A DNA stretch of 60,844 bases, counting the filler, from Diploschistes diacapsis (lineage: Eukaryota), in assembly GCA_023645945.1 (NCBI GenBank). It is 6 parts of 6 records of this genome, joined end to end, with 100 filler letters (N's around TTAATTAATTAA, not from the genome) between each part and the next. Parts side by side here need not be neighbours in the genome. Positions count along the whole stretch, not along the records: positions 54,574 to 60,844 come from JALAIB010001416.1; 5 more parts are not named here. One strand, written 5' to 3'. Below are positions 58,277-60,844 of the stretch, piece after piece. The position numbers and the translations under genes are program-made. Position 1 is the stretch's first letter; each line of letters starts with the position of its first letter. The notes beneath the pieces were generated by a model, which did no database searches, was not told where the DNA came from, and worked only from the letters and a program-made list of their open reading frames with translations.

Positions 58277-60844
58277 ATGAGCCTCAACGGGATTCGAAGG
58301 AAGTCAACTGTTGGAACCCTCTCCTCGCATGGAGATGACACCTCTCGGTCGGTTCAGAATGCTAGCTCGATCGCTGAGATTCGAGCTACATTGGCGCAGC
58401 TCAAAGAGCAGGAAACCAATGTCACTAGCCGCCTCAATGAACTTATATCATCACAAAGGGAACTTAGCCGCGAGCTAGGCAAGCTTGATATCATTCGGGC
58501 GCAGTTAGGTTCTCAGGCCGTTGCGACTAGATCGATCAGTAACAATATGCTCAACGATGCTGCAATTACCGCCAAGCGAATCTCAGGAGCTGTGCAGAAG
58601 CTTGATCTGGAACAAGACCGAGTCAAAGCGACACTACAGGTAGTAGAGCAAGTATCGGAGCTCAAAGCCTGCGTTCATGGTGTCGTGGGATCGATGGGTG
58701 CGCCGCAAGACTGGGAGACGGCAGCAGGATACCTTAACCGGGCGTCGAAGATCCCTAAGGAGATCGTGCAGGGCTCGTTCGCTGAGGAGATTGTTCCTTC
58801 CATTGAAGTGCCAGATCCACCGAGCGTGACGCTCGAGCATGCATCGGAGTCCTTGTGTAGCCTGTTTCTGCGCGAGTTCGAAAAGGCTACTAAAGAAGAC
58901 AACGGCGCAAAGGTGACGAGATTCTTCAAGCTCTTCCCACTCATTGGGCGATCAGATGTCGGGCTGGGAGTATATGGACGCTACGTCTGCCAAGGTGTTG
59001 CTTCCCATGCTAGAGAAAATTTGAATGCTGGCACTGGTGGCATCCAACGGAAAAATGGCTTCTTTTACGCTAATGCCCTTAGGAAGCTGTTCGAGTACGT
59101 TGCTCAGATTGTGGAGCGACACGGCGGACTAGTCGAACGCCATTATGGAGAAGGGCAGATGGTGAAGGTCATTGAGAGATTACAGATGGAAGCCGACGTT
59201 CAAGGCGGCATCGTCATTGATAGCTGGAGTGAAGAGCGCGGTATCGACAGGAAGTTGACTGACATCCGGTCTTACGCGTTCACCTTTCTTGTACAGAGCT
59301 TTCTCCCGACCCAGTCCTCGCGCAATCCAATACTGAGGTCTGGCTCTCCTGCAACCTTTGACCGCGAAACACCACAGGTAGAGGATGACAGTGTCGACAT
59401 GAAGGAGGTCGACGGATTTTTAGGGGAGATTGGGGTAATGTTGGCACGGTGGTCACTGTACACTCGCTTCATCGCCACCAAGTGTGCCGTAGGTCTTTGC
59501 TTGCTTCCCAAAGAGAAACAAATATTGACTTTGTAAGGACCCCCGGATTCCAGTAGACGAAAGCAGCCCCCTGACTATACCCACTCTTCTCTCCAACTCG
59601 GCCCTTGTGCGCAAAGTTAACGACAAACTCACTACCCCTTTTAACCAAATGTCCACTTTCTACTTTCGACGCTCCGTCGAAAAAGCCTTCCAACTCGACG
59701 AGCAGCCCCAGGATCTCACTCTCAACATGTCGAAATCCCTTACCGCCAACAGCCCCTTCATCACCTCCGCCGTCGACGACGTAATGTACATTGTCAACCA
59801 AGTCCTGCAGCGCACCCTGTCCACCTCCCAGCGTTCCGTCGTCGCCAGCGTACTGCCCACCATCTCCCGCGTTCTTTGTTCCGACTACATCGGCATGATC
59901 CAGCGCAAAATGCGCGACGAATCCTACCCCAAGCCCGCCATCCAAGGCGGCCTGCCCCCAGAGCACACAATCGTCGCTTTCCTCGTGCTCCTCAACAACC
60001 TCGACGTCTCAACCGACTACATCAAACGCATCGTCTCCTCCAAGCTCGACACAACCCTCGACAGCCCGTCCACCAACAGCACCACCGACGTCCCCACCGC
60101 GCCGCTCACCTCCCCCACAACCCCCTCCATCCTCCCGGCTCCGCCATCAAAACCCATCCTCTCGGCCTTCCCCTTCGCCCACGACGCCCCCTTCGTCGCC
60201 TCCGCCCTGCACGCCCTGCACACAACCTTCTACTCCAAAACCGCCGAGCTGCTCGCCGACGGCATCTTCGTCGTCTTCCGCAACGTGATGCGGCCGCGGC
60301 TGCGGCCCGTCATCACCGACACCTTCCGCGACATGGACTACGGGCTCTCGGCCGACGAGCTCGACGAGCTGAACCGGCTGGCGGCCGAGCACGACGAGAA
60401 CGGGCCGGAGGCGGCGGCGGCGGCCACGGCGAGCAGAGGCGGCGGCGGCGGCGGCGGCGGCGGCATGCTGCAGGCGCCGACGGACGGCGCGGGCCGTCCG
60501 CTGGCGGTCGCGGACGCGGTGCCGGCGCGCTTCCAGGCCGGCTGGGACGCGCTGACGCGCCCGCTGCGGCGCATCCTGACGGAGACCAACTGGGAGCGCC
60601 TGCTGGGCGTCGTGGCGTCGTACCTGGGCAGCGAGGTGCTGGAGAAGAGGCTGTGGGGGTACTACGGCCGGGTCAATGCGCTCGGGGCCGCGAGGCTGGA
60701 GAGGGACATGGCGGGCATCGTGGGGGTCGTGGTCAAGTCGGGCCAGAGGTATGCGCTGCGGGATGCGTTTGCGCGGTGCGCGCAGATCTGTCTGGTGGCT
60801 AATATGGAGGAGGAGGAGTGGGAGGCGGTCCGGGGGCCGGAGGG
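58277..60844 (+). CDS. COG4: Conserved oligomeric Golgi complex subunit 4, 3' incomplete; exons 58277-59488, 59538->60844
   Basis: LDLEQDRVKATL, QDWETAAGYL, VTRFFKLFPLIGR, FRRSVEKAFQLDE, TSAVDDVMYIV, FLVLLNNLDVSTDY, LGAARLERD; exon 2 is open to the window end. Confidence 0.92.

Overview
Filamentous ascomycete (Pezizomycotina-type) nuclear DNA with short GT-AG introns and CTRAC/CTAAT branch sites. Six contigs are joined by artificial N44-TTAATTAATTAA-N44 linkers, so adjacency across linkers is unproven. I reconstructed 14 protein-coding genes by hand: a ~3206-aa DUF6606/DUF3638/DUF3645-type protein, ERV29/SURF4, a YAT amino-acid permease, complex I ESSS subunit, an MpaB-like oxygenase, a DUF3405 protein, an SDR, cytochrome c, an HST2-type sirtuin, partial COG4 and four hypotheticals. 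An AT-rich, RIP-degraded transposon island (~48.2-54.5 kb) holds LTR fragments, a three-copy MITE family, a dead Tc1/mariner and hAT-like ends around one intact host gene. Top observations: (1) an ordered set of SecA-like SF2 ATPase motifs in the giant protein; (2) recurrent ~1-kb GC-rich islands that switch from C-rich to G-rich regardless of gene orientation; (3) two unrelated DNA transposons inserted at the homologous TA of two repeat copies. Family names come from motif recognition only; no database search was run.
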